Positions 55,559 through 64,000 of a DNA stretch of 64,000 nucleotides are shown piece after piece. Numbering within the stretch: position 1 is the stretch's first letter; each line of letters opens with the position of its first letter. The notes beneath the pieces are model-generated. The model was not told where the DNA came from and ran no database searches. It saw only the letters and a list, made by a program, of their open reading frames with translations. This stretch comes from Nitrospinaceae bacterium (lineage in GTDB: Bacteria > Nitrospinota > Nitrospinia > Nitrospinales > VA-1). Where the stretch lies: NCBI GenBank assembly GCA_029261475.1, contig JAJDBG010000039.1:20271-84270 (forward strand). The letters are read 5' to 3'. The translations under genes were made by a program, and so were the position numbers.

Positions 55559-56416
55559 ATGTTAACCGAAGTCGCCGTAGACAAAGCATTAATAGATTCC
55601 AGACAATTCGCATTGAGTTCCAGTGCTTATTACTCCACCGATATGGAACTCACAACCCAGGAGGGGGATGTTGTCACTTTATCTTTTCAAAATGCGGAAA
55701 CCTACGAAGGAACCGAGGAACAAGAAACCTATGAAGACGGTTCTTCCGTTTCAGAAATTTCCATCACTGCCGCCGCCGCGTCGAAATACGCTATAGAGGT
55801 ACAAGGCGATTTGAGCGATGAAGAACTAGCGGCCATAGAAGAGTTGAGTGCCAAAGTTGCGCCAATCGTTGAAAAATTCTTTTCCGGGGCCGAACTCGAC
55901 CTCGAAGAGTCTGCTTTAAATCTAGCAGAATCGTTGGGCGTGATAAAGGAAATCAACCTTGAACTAGAGAAAACGGTCACACAATCCGTTTCGGTAGCAA
56001 GTCAAAGTTTTTCAGATCTGGAAACTGCAGGCAATATTGATTTCATTGAAGGAAACACTGAGGTTTCTGGAGTCGATTACTCTCAAGTACGCAACCTCAG
56101 GGCTTTGGCTGATGCCGTGGTAACCGCAGAGTTTCAAAATCAAGCCGCTCAATTTAAAAGCTCTGAACCCATCTTGAGGTCATTGGGCGATCTGCTGACT
56201 TTCATTCGAAACCAGTTCGGTTCTGTATTGAAACCTTTGAGTGCTCTAGGTGCCGACTTCCCGGAAGCTCCCGAGCCTTCTAAACAGGCTCCTGAAGTCA
56301 GAGCTGCTGAAACCAGAACGGCAGACGAGCAGGAAGTTCCCGAAGCTCCCAAGCTGGCTCCTGAAACAAAAGCTCCTGAAGCCACAACTACTGAAGAAGA
56401 AGTGGTTGTAGAATAA
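55559..56416 (+). CDS. Acidic hypothetical protein with Pro/Glu/Ala-rich C-terminal repeats (285 aa)
   Basis: Long ORF. No signal peptide. C-terminus has reiterated PEAP/APE units (FPEAPEPSKQAPE...VPEAPKLAPETKAPEA). No family recognised. Confidence 0.55.
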   Translation: MLTEVAVDKALIDSRQFALSSSAYYSTDMELTTQEGDVVTLSFQNAETYEGTEEQETYEDGSSVSEISITAAAASKYAIEVQGDLSDEELAAIEELSAKVAPIVEKFFSGAELDLEESALNLAESLGVIKEINLELEKTVTQSVSVASQSFSDLETAGNIDFIEGNTEVSGVDYSQVRNLRALADAVVTAEFQNQAAQFKSSEPILRSLGDLLTFIRNQFGSVLKPLSALGADFPEAPEPSKQAPEVRAAETRTADEQEVPEAPKLAPETKAPEATTTEEEVVVE

Positions 56417-56532
56417 GGTAGACTAAACTACTACAGGGGAGGAGATATCCTCCCTCCCCTCACCCATCGTGAAAACCCTGGCAACACAAGCCATACAATA
56501 AGTTTTTAAAACCATCCTTTCCTGCTCTCCTC

Positions 56533-57621
56533 TCACTGTAAAAAATCTTTCAAAATCGGCATCAGACGTTTTGTGAATTCAGTCGCATCTTCTCTGCTAA
56601 GATGAGACCACTCTGGGCATTTAAAACCATTCAATTGCTCGTAGTCCTCAAAATGGATTCCTGGTGCCTCAGTTGTCTCCAGTATCCGATCCCAAAAATG
56701 TTCGCGCGGCGTGAAAGTATTTTCCAATTCGCGTAGTTTCTCTGTAGAAGGCAAGCGAACAAAAATCACCTTCCCGCCTTTTTTTCGAATCTTGTCTACT
56801 CTTTCTTTTGTCTTTGCAAGTGTCACTTCAACAGATTTCAGAAAATCTGCTTTTGCTTGCTCCCCGGTTTGACCTTTGTGCGGCGGTGGCGGAGTAAATA
56901 ATGGAATCCAGATCTGCTGTATTCGCTTTTGCAAAGCTGTATTTTTTGCCGCAAACTCGGTCATGCCGCCTTGACGTTCTTCATCAACCTCGTGAAAGTA
57001 AGGGGGAAGTTCGGGTGGTGCCTTCACGTTTTTTCGATTCGGAAGTTTCAAATCAAGCAATAGCTGATTCAAAGTCAGATCGCCTTTATTCAAAAAAGCA
57101 AACCACTTCTCGATGATCAAAGAAACATGATGGCTAAACTTTTGAGTCGGACTCCAAGTCTGAAATCTGATCAAATGATCTCTCGGGCTTGCAACAGGAG
57201 GACCGCCAGGAGCGAAAAAAAGTCCGGGCACCACGCCAACGATCACCGTTCCCGAAAATTCTGGATGATCCGCAAGGTCTTCCAGATAAAGCCCCGGGTT
57301 AGTTCCAACGGTGGATAATTGCAATGGACGTTCAGACATTTCCTTTTCGTATATATCCATATCAAAATCGAATAACATCCTCGACGATCCTATCAGCACA
57401 GTGCGTTGAGGCTCGCTGTCAACAATTGCCCTGCGGCTAGCCCATAAATCTTTTGAATCATTCAAGGTTGGAGCGTATTGGATACTACGGACATAAAGCT
57501 CCCAGCCTAAAGTCAGGGCACCACTGAGCAGTGCTGTCAACAAGGCCAAGGCAACCCAATGATGCTTAGGATAGATGCGCTTTATATCGTAGGTCTTAAA
57601 ACTGGAAGTAGATGAAGGCAT
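56533..57621 (-). CDS. Membrane-anchored hypothetical protein, candidate DltD/AlgJ-like partner of the MBOAT
   Basis: 362 aa. One N-terminal TM segment, then a soluble domain with VLIGSSRM (a GSS-type motif). 26-nt overlap with the upstream MBOAT gene. The functional call is by context only. Confidence 0.4.
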   Translation of the reverse strand: MPSSTSSFKTYDIKRIYPKHHWVALALLTALLSGALTLGWELYVRSIQYAPTLNDSKDLWASRRAIVDSEPQRTVLIGSSRMLFDFDMDIYEKEMSERPLQLSTVGTNPGLYLEDLADHPEFSGTVIVGVVPGLFFAPGGPPVASPRDHLIRFQTWSPTQKFSHHVSLIIEKWFAFLNKGDLTLNQLLLDLKLPNRKNVKAPPELPPYFHEVDEERQGGMTEFAAKNTALQKRIQQIWIPLFTPPPPHKGQTGEQAKADFLKSVEVTLAKTKERVDKIRKKGGKVIFVRLPSTEKLRELENTFTPREHFWDRILETTEAPGIHFEDYEQLNGFKCPEWSHLSREDATEFTKRLMPILKDFLQ

Positions 57622-59020
57622 TCGCCCCTCCCTGCATTAAAATTAATCCAATGATCATGCTTGTCCAAAGTGTAACAACCCACCAAGAGGCCATATTTTG
57701 AACAACGTGTTCAAGTCGTTTTTCGTGCAAATAACGGTGCGAAGCCAACAATATAAAAACCACTACCGTCACTTGGATCATTTCCAAAGTTGAAAGCAAA
57801 GGCTCACCCGTTCCTGAAAAATCAAACAGCGACCCAAGCATCATCCACGCTGTAGAAAAATCTCCAGCTCGAAAAAACACCCAGGCTATGTTGACCAGAA
57901 AAAAGGTAATACCCGCAAGCACGAAACGTCCGGCCACCGTTTCAATCCATTTCACATTTTGATATTTTAGCTTGAGCAAATGTTCCACAACCAAATAGCT
58001 TCCATGTAAAACACCCCACACAATAAAGGTCCAGGAAGCTCCATGCCATAATCCACCCAAAAACATGGTGAACATAAGATTAAACAAAGCACGAGGGGTG
58101 CCACACCTGTTGCCACCTAAGGGGATATAGAGATAATCGCGCAACCAGCTAGACAGAGTAATATGCCAACGACGCCAGAAATCTGAAAACCCGACGGAAA
58201 AATAAGGCGACCTGAAGTTATCGGGTAAAATAAATCCAAGACAAAGCGCAACCCCAATGGCACAGGTCGAGTAACCTGAAAAGTCAAAAAATATTTGAGC
58301 TGAAAAAGCAAGCAATCCCAACCATGCATCCAGCATAAATATCGAACCACCCGCAAAACCAAATACTTTATCAACGGATGAGGAAAGCATGCCATCCGCC
58401 AGCACTACTTTCTGAAACAAACCAAGAGTTACAAAATAAAGTCCCCAACCAAATTGATCTCGATTTGCACGTTTTGGCTCCAGACATTGAGGAAGAAAAT
58501 CTATGGCTCGCACAATGGGTCCCGCAACCAACTGCGGGAAAAATGTGACATACAATGCGTAGTCAAGAAATGAATTGCAACGGGATGTTTTTTTGAAGTA
58601 CACGTCCAAGGTATAAGAAAGCGTTTGGAACGTATAAAACGAAATACCAACGGGGAGGATGATATCAAGTGGAGCGGGTGCGTATTGAATTCCCGCAAGG
58701 TTCGCCAAAGCCACAAAGTTTTCCAAAAGAAACTCGCCGTATTTGAAGAAACCAAGCAAGCCAAGGTTTGTCGCCAAACTAACCCCTAGTAACAAGCGAC
58801 GCTTCAAGGGAACTTCTTCCGATCCTAAAGCTTTGGCAACATACCAATCGATGAGCGTGGAAATCCACAATAACACTATGAATGGGGGGTTCCATGCCGC
58901 GTAAAAAATATAGCTCGCTATTAGGAGAATAGATTTCTGCAGTCGCCAAGAAGAAACGCTGTAATGCAAAAATAGAACAACGGCAAAAAAAACCAAGAAT
59001 GTAAGGGAATTAAATAACAT
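57596..59020 (-). CDS. MBOAT family O-acyltransferase (AlgI/DltB-like)
   Basis: 474 aa, polytopic. FWRRWHITLSSWLRDYLYIPLGGNR and the conserved His region GLWHGASW. Confidence 0.9.
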   Translation of the reverse strand: MLFNSLTFLVFFAVVLFLHYSVSSWRLQKSILLIASYIFYAAWNPPFIVLLWISTLIDWYVAKALGSEEVPLKRRLLLGVSLATNLGLLGFFKYGEFLLENFVALANLAGIQYAPAPLDIILPVGISFYTFQTLSYTLDVYFKKTSRCNSFLDYALYVTFFPQLVAGPIVRAIDFLPQCLEPKRANRDQFGWGLYFVTLGLFQKVVLADGMLSSSVDKVFGFAGGSIFMLDAWLGLLAFSAQIFFDFSGYSTCAIGVALCLGFILPDNFRSPYFSVGFSDFWRRWHITLSSWLRDYLYIPLGGNRCGTPRALFNLMFTMFLGGLWHGASWTFIVWGVLHGSYLVVEHLLKLKYQNVKWIETVAGRFVLAGITFFLVNIAWVFFRAGDFSTAWMMLGSLFDFSGTGEPLLSTLEMIQVTVVVFILLASHRYLHEKRLEHVVQNMASWWVVTLWTSMIIGLILMQGGANAFIYFQF

Positions 59021-59138
59021 ACGAAGTTTTTTTAATTTACCCGGTGGGCCTGTTGAAATACAACAATTCTGTATCCGGGATTACACTTCCAGGAAAGAAT
59101 TTAAAAAAAATTCAAAAGTATCGAACAATCCTTTTAAA

Positions 59139-59564
59139 TCAATTAACTTCATCCGGCAAATCATCTTCGGCAGACATTTCTTGAGGCAAGGAGGAGGCAT
59201 GGTGCAACACCATCCGCCAACGGCCATCTATCTTTCTAAATAAATTGGTTGCAAAAACACGAGAGGCGTGAACGCCTGAGAGGGAAAGGGAAAACAGGTT
59301 TTCGCGACAACGTACCCAAGCCATCTCGCCAGAAACCTCTACCTTTACATCGGACAACTCGATTTCCAAACCCTCACCGGCTTCAAAGATGCCTTCCCAA
59401 CTTTCGATGATATCATCGAGTCCTATCAGCGCACTCCAGCCAGGGTGAAGGCAAATGATGTCTTCTCTCTGTGCCCAGGCTTTTACCATGAGATCAATGT
59501 CTTGCCGATTAAATGCCTGATAAAACGATTGGTTCGCGGACAATACTTTCTGCGTTTCTGGCAT
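59139..59564 (-). CDS. SnoaL-like / NTF2-fold protein (DUF4440-like)
   Basis: 141 aa. N-terminal NQSFYQAFNRQDIDLM pattern and C-terminal DGRWRMVLHHAS are typical of the NTF2-like fold. Confidence 0.65.
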   Translation of the reverse strand: MPETQKVLSANQSFYQAFNRQDIDLMVKAWAQREDIICLHPGWSALIGLDDIIESWEGIFEAGEGLEIELSDVKVEVSGEMAWVRCRENLFSLSLSGVHASRVFATNLFRKIDGRWRMVLHHASSLPQEMSAEDDLPDEVN

Positions 59565-59576
59565 TTTCTATTTTCC

Positions 59577-60200
59577 TCAGTTGGCGGCAATGGTATCGGG
59601 TCGTATTCCCAATAAATATTCAACCGCCTCAAAAGTTTCTTTCGATTTCCAGTTTTTGGCCCCGTCCACTCGCGTCGCAATATGTCCTTCTCTATCGATA
59701 ACATAAGTGGTTGGAATGGAAAAGGAGGGATAAATCCGCTCGACAGTCCCCTCCGTGTCCATCAAAACAGGAAAGGATAATTTTCTTTCTTCTACAAATT
59801 TCTTGACCGCATCAATCCCGCCCTTATCAATACTTATCGCTAAAAGAGTCAAACCCTCAGACCGATAACGACGATACAGGGTTTCAAATGCAGGCATCTC
59901 TACACGGCAAGGCGCGCACCAGGTAGCCCAAAAATTCAGTATCACCACCTGCCCCTTGAAATCGGAGAGGTTGACGCGATTGTTTTCCAGATTACGCAAA
60001 GTGAACGCGGGTGCCTTGTAGCCGACTTCTGCCTTTTCTTGCTCGTATTGCGGCAAACCTGCCACATCCTCAGCCAAAAAAGGTTCTTCTCTGAAGTGCT
60101 CAAAAAAAAACAGCAGAGAACCCAGAAACAGGAAGCCAAACAAGGCACTGTACTTTTTAAGAGGAATAGAGTTTCTCTCTTTTAAGACGGTCGATTTCAT
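59577..60200 (-). CDS. TlpA/ResA/CcmG-type thiol:disulfide oxidoreductase
   Basis: 207 aa. N-terminal anchor and thioredoxin motif WATWCAPCRVEMP. Adjacent to ccm genes. Confidence 0.85.
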   Translation of the reverse strand: MKSTVLKERNSIPLKKYSALFGFLFLGSLLFFFEHFREEPFLAEDVAGLPQYEQEKAEVGYKAPAFTLRNLENNRVNLSDFKGQVVILNFWATWCAPCRVEMPAFETLYRRYRSEGLTLLAISIDKGGIDAVKKFVEERKLSFPVLMDTEGTVERIYPSFSIPTTYVIDREGHIATRVDGAKNWKSKETFEAVEYLLGIRPDTIAAN

Positions 60201-60873
60201 CCTTTGTTCTTTCTAACGCCACGCGTCGTCCCATCAAGAGACAATAAAGCAAGGTGAACGCCGCTAATGAAATGCCCAAAGTTATGAGCATGGAGGGGTC
60301 CATACCTTTCCCCAAGCCTTCCGATGAAATCACTTTAGGCTTTGGATGAAAAGTCCGCCACCACAGGACGGAAAAATGGATCAAAGGAATGTCTAGGAAA
60401 CCAACGATGCCCACTACGGCGGAATACCTGGCCCGAATCGATCCGGCTTCAGTTTGCCCACGCAACATGAGGTAAGCCACGTAGATCAGCCATAGAACAA
60501 GGGTAGAGGTGAGTCGTGCATCCCAAACCCACCAAACACCCCAAACGGGTCTCGCCCAGATCGGCCCCGTGATGAGCACTAGAGAACAAAATATAACGCC
60601 GATCTCAGCCGAACAATGTGCGTAAATATCCCATTCTCTTTCTTTTTTCCAAAGGAAAAGAATGCTTGATACGAAGACGATAAAAAATGCGAAAAACGCC
60701 AGCCAGGCACACGGGATATGGAAGTACATGACTCTCTGAATAATGCCTTCGTTCTTTTCGGTTGGAACCCACACGTATATGGCGATCAATGCCGCAAGCA
60801 TTGTTCCTGCAGTCAACCAAAACAGCCCACCCTGACTCGAAGAAATTTCCTTCGAACTATTTTCCTCCGCCAT
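60157..60873 (-). CDS. ccmC: Heme exporter protein CcmC
   Basis: WWD motif WGVWWVWDARLTS and conserved His residues. The ATG at 60873 is preferred over the TTG at 60876. Confidence 0.9.
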   Translation of the reverse strand: MAEENSSKEISSSQGGLFWLTAGTMLAALIAIYVWVPTEKNEGIIQRVMYFHIPCAWLAFFAFFIVFVSSILFLWKKEREWDIYAHCSAEIGVIFCSLVLITGPIWARPVWGVWWVWDARLTSTLVLWLIYVAYLMLRGQTEAGSIRARYSAVVGIVGFLDIPLIHFSVLWWRTFHPKPKVISSEGLGKGMDPSMLITLGISLAAFTLLYCLLMGRRVALERTKDEIDRLKREKLYSS

Positions 60874-61019
60874 CAATCGCCGTCCTTTCCACTTTCTTCC
60901 TTCAACAATTGCAGGTCTCTTTCCAATGCGGCTTGCCGTTTTTTAAGTGTCAAAACATAAAAGAATATACCGCCCCAAACACAAAGATTGGCGGCGAATA
61001 AAAAACCGAGTTGATCCAT
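60873..61019 (-). CDS. ccmD: Heme exporter protein CcmD-like (48 aa)
   Basis: Hand-translated MDQLGFLFAANLCVWGGIFFYVLTLKKRQAALERDLQLLKEESGKDGD. Single TM segment plus charged tail. Lies between ccmB and ccmC. TGATG overlap with ccmC. Below the ORF-track size cut-off. Confidence 0.55.
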   Translation of the reverse strand: MDQLGFLFAANLCVWGGIFFYVLTLKKRQAALERDLQLLKEESGKDGD

Positions 61020-61023
61020 GAGA

Positions 61024-61704
61024 TCACTCCTCTAAAATATGGTCGATGGTCATAACGGCGGCGCCGATAAAAATAAAATCAAAACAGACAACAAGGCCCA
61101 TCCAGTTCAACATTTCTGAAAGCGGTTCTCCCGCAAGTATCTCCCCTGTCATGCGCACCGAAGCAATGGCAATGGGAACCATCAACGGGTACAACAGTAT
61201 GGGAAGCATGATGTCACGCGTTTTGAGGTTGGCCGCAAGCGAAGCCAACAGAGTCCCGATAGCGCAAAAGCCCAACGTTCCCAAGAATATCACTAAAAGC
61301 AGTGGGAATAAATGCGGCAAAATATCGATATTAAAAAAAACCATGAAGACGGGAAGGATAAAGGCTTCCATCAAAGTCAGAAACCCCAGGTTGCTGATCA
61401 ATTTCCCAAAATAAATGGCTGTACGGTCAGCAGGTGTTAACAATAAACCCTGCATGCACCCGTTTTCCTTTTCCAGCATGAAGGAACGGTTGAGTCCAAT
61501 GGCTCCGGAAAAAAATATCGCAACCCACATCACTCCCGGTCCAACTTCATTCGCTCGAGTGATACTTAAATCGACTGAAAAGATAAAAATAATGATGACC
61601 AAAACTGCAAAGACAAACATAGAGCTGAATAACTCGCGAGTCTTCCTCTCGGTCAAAAAGTCTTTCCAAACAATAGCAAAAATTTGATTAAAGTATCCCT
61701 GCAT
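61024..61704 (-). CDS. ccmB: Heme exporter protein CcmB
   Basis: 226 aa, ~6 TM segments. IFAIVWKDFLTERKTRE start is typical of CcmB. Confidence 0.9.
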   Translation of the reverse strand: MQGYFNQIFAIVWKDFLTERKTRELFSSMFVFAVLVIIIFIFSVDLSITRANEVGPGVMWVAIFFSGAIGLNRSFMLEKENGCMQGLLLTPADRTAIYFGKLISNLGFLTLMEAFILPVFMVFFNIDILPHLFPLLLVIFLGTLGFCAIGTLLASLAANLKTRDIMLPILLYPLMVPIAIASVRMTGEILAGEPLSEMLNWMGLVVCFDFIFIGAAVMTIDHILEE

Positions 61705-61774
61705 AATTTAAAGTCAGAGGCAAAGCGATCAATCGCTCACACAATAATTGATACTAACAATTTATGGTGCCTTC

Positions 61775-62512
61775 TTATTTGCCTCCAGTGATCAAATTCA
61801 AGTAACGGCTTTCAAAAGCAACTGGATCGATTCCGTTGTTGGGTTCCATCATTGCGAAACGACCATCAATCTGCACTGCGATCTGACTTCCCATTTCCAA
61901 ACCACATGAGATATCGTGCGTTGTCATCAATAAAGTTCGCTGATCGGTGTGCAAAGTACGCAGATAATCCTTGAGTGCTCCAGATGCTAAGGGATCCAAA
62001 CCTGTAAAAGGCTCATCAAGAAAAAGAATAGACGGCTGGTGCAAAGTTGCTCGCGCAATGGTGAGCCGCTGCAACATTCCTCGAGAAAAGGTTCGAACCG
62101 GATCGTGCCTGCGTTTTTTTAATCCCGCTCCGTCAACTGCTTTTTCGGCACAGTCTGCAGGTTGATCCAAGCCATACATCTTAGCATAAAACTCCAGGTT
62201 CTCCAGAGGCGTTAGATCGGGGTAAAGGCAAGTCGCATGCGAGATAACCCCTATTTCCTTCCTCATCTTTGGATTGGCCTGTGTTACATCATAGCCTGCA
62301 ACCATTGCCATCCCAGAGCTGGGACGAGTCCGCCCGGAAAGAATGTTCAGCAAGGTAGTCTTCCCCGCTCCGTTGGCACCAAAGATGGTGAGAAATTCAC
62401 CGCGTTGAACTTCAAAACTTAAATTAGAAACCGCGCGGCGAAACCCAAAACTTTTGCAAATTTTTTTGACTTCGATTGCAGGTTCAACAGTGGATGCTGG
62501 GGATGGTGTCAT
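61775..62512 (-). CDS. ccmA: Heme ABC exporter ATP-binding protein CcmA
   Basis: 245 aa. Walker A GANGAGKTT, signature FSRGMLQR and Walker B ILFLDEP. Confidence 0.9.
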   Translation of the reverse strand: MTPSPASTVEPAIEVKKICKSFGFRRAVSNLSFEVQRGEFLTIFGANGAGKTTLLNILSGRTRPSSGMAMVAGYDVTQANPKMRKEIGVISHATCLYPDLTPLENLEFYAKMYGLDQPADCAEKAVDGAGLKKRRHDPVRTFSRGMLQRLTIARATLHQPSILFLDEPFTGLDPLASGALKDYLRTLHTDQRTLLMTTHDISCGLEMGSQIAVQIDGRFAMMEPNNGIDPVAFESRYLNLITGGK

Positions 62513-62744
62513 AGGAAAAGAGGCAGATGAAACTGCAGGCTACTCACAGCTCAGGTTAGAGCACAATCAATCCTTACATGAGTGATTGCGGCATATTGTG
62601 GCAACCTTGGCATCAATGACTACGATGGTTTGCAAAAATATTGATGCCATTAAAACCATTAAAAAGTACGAGCAAAAGGAGGATTCAGATCTGGTCAGCT
62701 AGTGAATAATTCCTTTACAGAGCGATTGCGATAACGCAGAAAAA

Positions 62745-63062
62745 TCATTTTTTCTTACGCTTTTTTCCTTCGGCCTTCAATTGATCCAGGCGCTCCAATA
62801 TCGTCATCGCCTCGCCTTCAAGTTTATGTTTCATTTCAGAGTAATCAGCTTCCGAAACCTTGTCGGTTTTCCAATCAAACTCAAGGTCCTTGATTGCAAG
62901 CAACACTTCCTCTTTACGCACCAACAGGTGCTTGAACTCTTCGTTTGCGGGATCAATCGGAGCAAACAAAATGTTTCGGGGAAGTTTGCCGAATAAAGGC
63001 AAACCTATGACGATAAGAATCGTCACTAAAAATAGTAATTCAATTAAGTGAACTAAGTTCAT
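62745..63062 (-). CDS. Small membrane-anchored coiled-coil protein, CcmI N-terminal-like
   Basis: 105 aa. One TM segment, then IKDLEFDWKTDKVSEADYSEMKHKLEGEAMTIL resembles the CcmI N-terminal L-E-x-D...G-x-I/L-x-x-x-E-Y segment. No TPR part. 1-nt gap to ccmH. Confidence 0.45.
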   Translation of the reverse strand: MNLVHLIELLFLVTILIVIGLPLFGKLPRNILFAPIDPANEEFKHLLVRKEEVLLAIKDLEFDWKTDKVSEADYSEMKHKLEGEAMTILERLDQLKAEGKKRKKK

Positions 63063-63063
63063 C

Positions 63064-63612
63064 CTAGGAGTCTAGTTTATCCAGTTCTTGTTGCAGTTGG
63101 TTGGAGTATTTGCCCGGCTTGGAATCCGTTGTCTCTTTGTCTTTTTCAGAAGCGTCAGCCTCCTTCTTCCTTCCGGCCCAAGTCTGAACTATTTTTCGTA
63201 TGCCAAAACCACCCGCAACAATCGCTACGAAAGGCATCGCCCAAGCGGTGAGATTAAACCCTGTCTTGGTAGGTGAAGATAATACGGTTTCGCCATATTT
63301 AGCGACTTGCTCTTGTATGATCTGCTGAACGGTTAAGCCCGACTCTAATTGCTCTGTAAATCCAATTCGGATTTTATCAGAAGTGTCGCATGTGCAATTT
63401 CCGAGCACCTTTCCGCATTTGTCATCACAAGTGCACATGAGGGCGTTTTCCAAATCTGCCAGCAATGCAGAAGAGTACGCTTTTTCCACTGAAACCACAC
63501 TCAAAAAAGCAACCAGCAGAACAAACGCCCACGAGCAATACCTTCTTCCCCTTAATGTTGCCGGAGAAGCAAGGTTTGGTTCTCTTTTCGACAGTCTATT
63601 TTTTATCAACAT
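63064..63612 (-). CDS. ccmH: CcmH/NrfF family cytochrome c biogenesis protein with variant Cys motif
   Basis: Aligns by eye to E. coli CcmH (LxxxLxC...YGxxVLxxP...TM). The canonical LRCPxC is replaced by LMCTCDDKCGKVLGNCTC. Confidence 0.7.
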   Translation of the reverse strand: MLIKNRLSKREPNLASPATLRGRRYCSWAFVLLVAFLSVVSVEKAYSSALLADLENALMCTCDDKCGKVLGNCTCDTSDKIRIGFTEQLESGLTVQQIIQEQVAKYGETVLSSPTKTGFNLTAWAMPFVAIVAGGFGIRKIVQTWAGRKKEADASEKDKETTDSKPGKYSNQLQQELDKLDS

Positions 63613-63616
63613 ATTA

Positions 63617-64000
63617 TCATTCCTGGGCTGGAGAAAATACGGCAGACTGGATCTTCATACGCTCCAGTCGACGACGTTGTTCCAGACGGTCCGGCCATAC
63701 CGAGACCATAGTCCCAAATGCGATTACCCATCCACCCATCCATATCCAGCTCACCATTGGGTTGACGTAAATTTTCAGAGTCGCCGATTCATCTTCGCCA
63801 AAGTCTGCCAATATCAGGTAAAGATCCTGCCTCCAGGTAGAAAGGACATCCACCTCGGACACGGGTTGATTCTGACCTTTATAAAATTCCTTTTCAGGCT
63901 GGCCAGTCCACACTCTTTTCCCATCTTTATAAACACCGACTTGCGCAATGGCCCGTGTCTTGGTCGCATTTTCCTCAATGAAACCCAAACGTTCGTAGGT
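63617..64000 (-). CDS. ccmF: Cytochrome c-type biogenesis protein CcmF, C-terminal part (gene continues beyond the window)
   Basis: The frame is open to base 64000. The C-terminal periplasmic domain and final TM segment (VNPMVSWIWMGGWVIAFGTMVSVWPD) are typical of CcmF. Confidence 0.85.
   Translation of the reverse strand, partial: TYERLGFIEENATKTRAIAQVGVYKDGKRVWTGQPEKEFYKGQNQPVSEVDVLSTWRQDLYLILADFGEDESATLKIYVNPMVSWIWMGGWVIAFGTMVSVWPDRLEQRRRLERMKIQSAVFSPAQE

Noticed and set aside
62618-62649. 9-bp perfect inverted repeat GGCATCAAT-N-ATTGATGCC upstream of ccmA as an operator
   Set aside because: It is real in the sequence, but it is a single small palindrome with a ~22-nt spacer in an intergenic region. 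Evidence is insufficient to call it a regulatory site.

Overview
This is a 64-kb chromosomal window from a flagellated diderm bacterium. The evidence is an LptF/G permease, System I cytochrome c maturation genes, and Sec/Tat/lipoprotein signal peptides. GC looks mid-40s % by eye, and the taxon cannot be assigned without a database search. I count about 75 protein-coding genes. I recognised no rRNA, tRNA, CRISPR array, transposase or integrase. The backbone is housekeeping. The main blocks are ffh-rpsP-rimM-trmD-(SPOUT-like MTase)-rplS, then rnhB-recJ, coaX, queC, nfu-type protein, dut, hisA/hisF, aroK, engB, an LptF/G permease, a Ppx/GppA phosphatase, rfbC and ldcA. Many gene pairs are coupled by ATGA, GTGA or TAATG start/stop overlaps. 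Eight regions look accessory or unusual. (1) A SorAB-type sulfite dehydrogenase sits next to a stand-alone Hpt gene and a translationally coupled four-cytochrome operon; two of those cytochromes are paralogous proteins of 762 aa (12 heme sites) and ~814 aa (10 heme sites). (2) Five tandem genes encode minimal (~285 aa) flagellins with sigma28-type promoters; one has a ~325-nt leader carrying a duplicated 62-bp element, and a sugar-nucleotide-type gene (SpsF-like) and a generic Gfo/Idh/MocA oxidoreductase flank the array. (3) Three paralogous cytoplasmic RNI-type leucine-rich-repeat proteins are interleaved with a Sel1/Hcp-like secreted protein and a FecR-domain protein. (4) Two tandem paralogous ~85-aa proteins of no family I recognise lie beside a small Cys-containing secreted protein. 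(5) An acidic 285-aa orphan protein sits behind a promoter with the same architecture as a flagellin promoter. (6) An ABC/ABC-2/GldG-like/DUF4340 four-gene module is present. (7) An MBOAT acyltransferase is paired with a membrane-anchored partner. (8) A ccm cluster (ccmF partial, H, I-like, A, B, D, C, tlpA-type) contains a variant multi-cysteine CcmH. Two longer non-coding stretches (29424-30423 and 36742-37465) are not explained by the genes. All family assignments come from motif recognition by eye and memory, not from searches.
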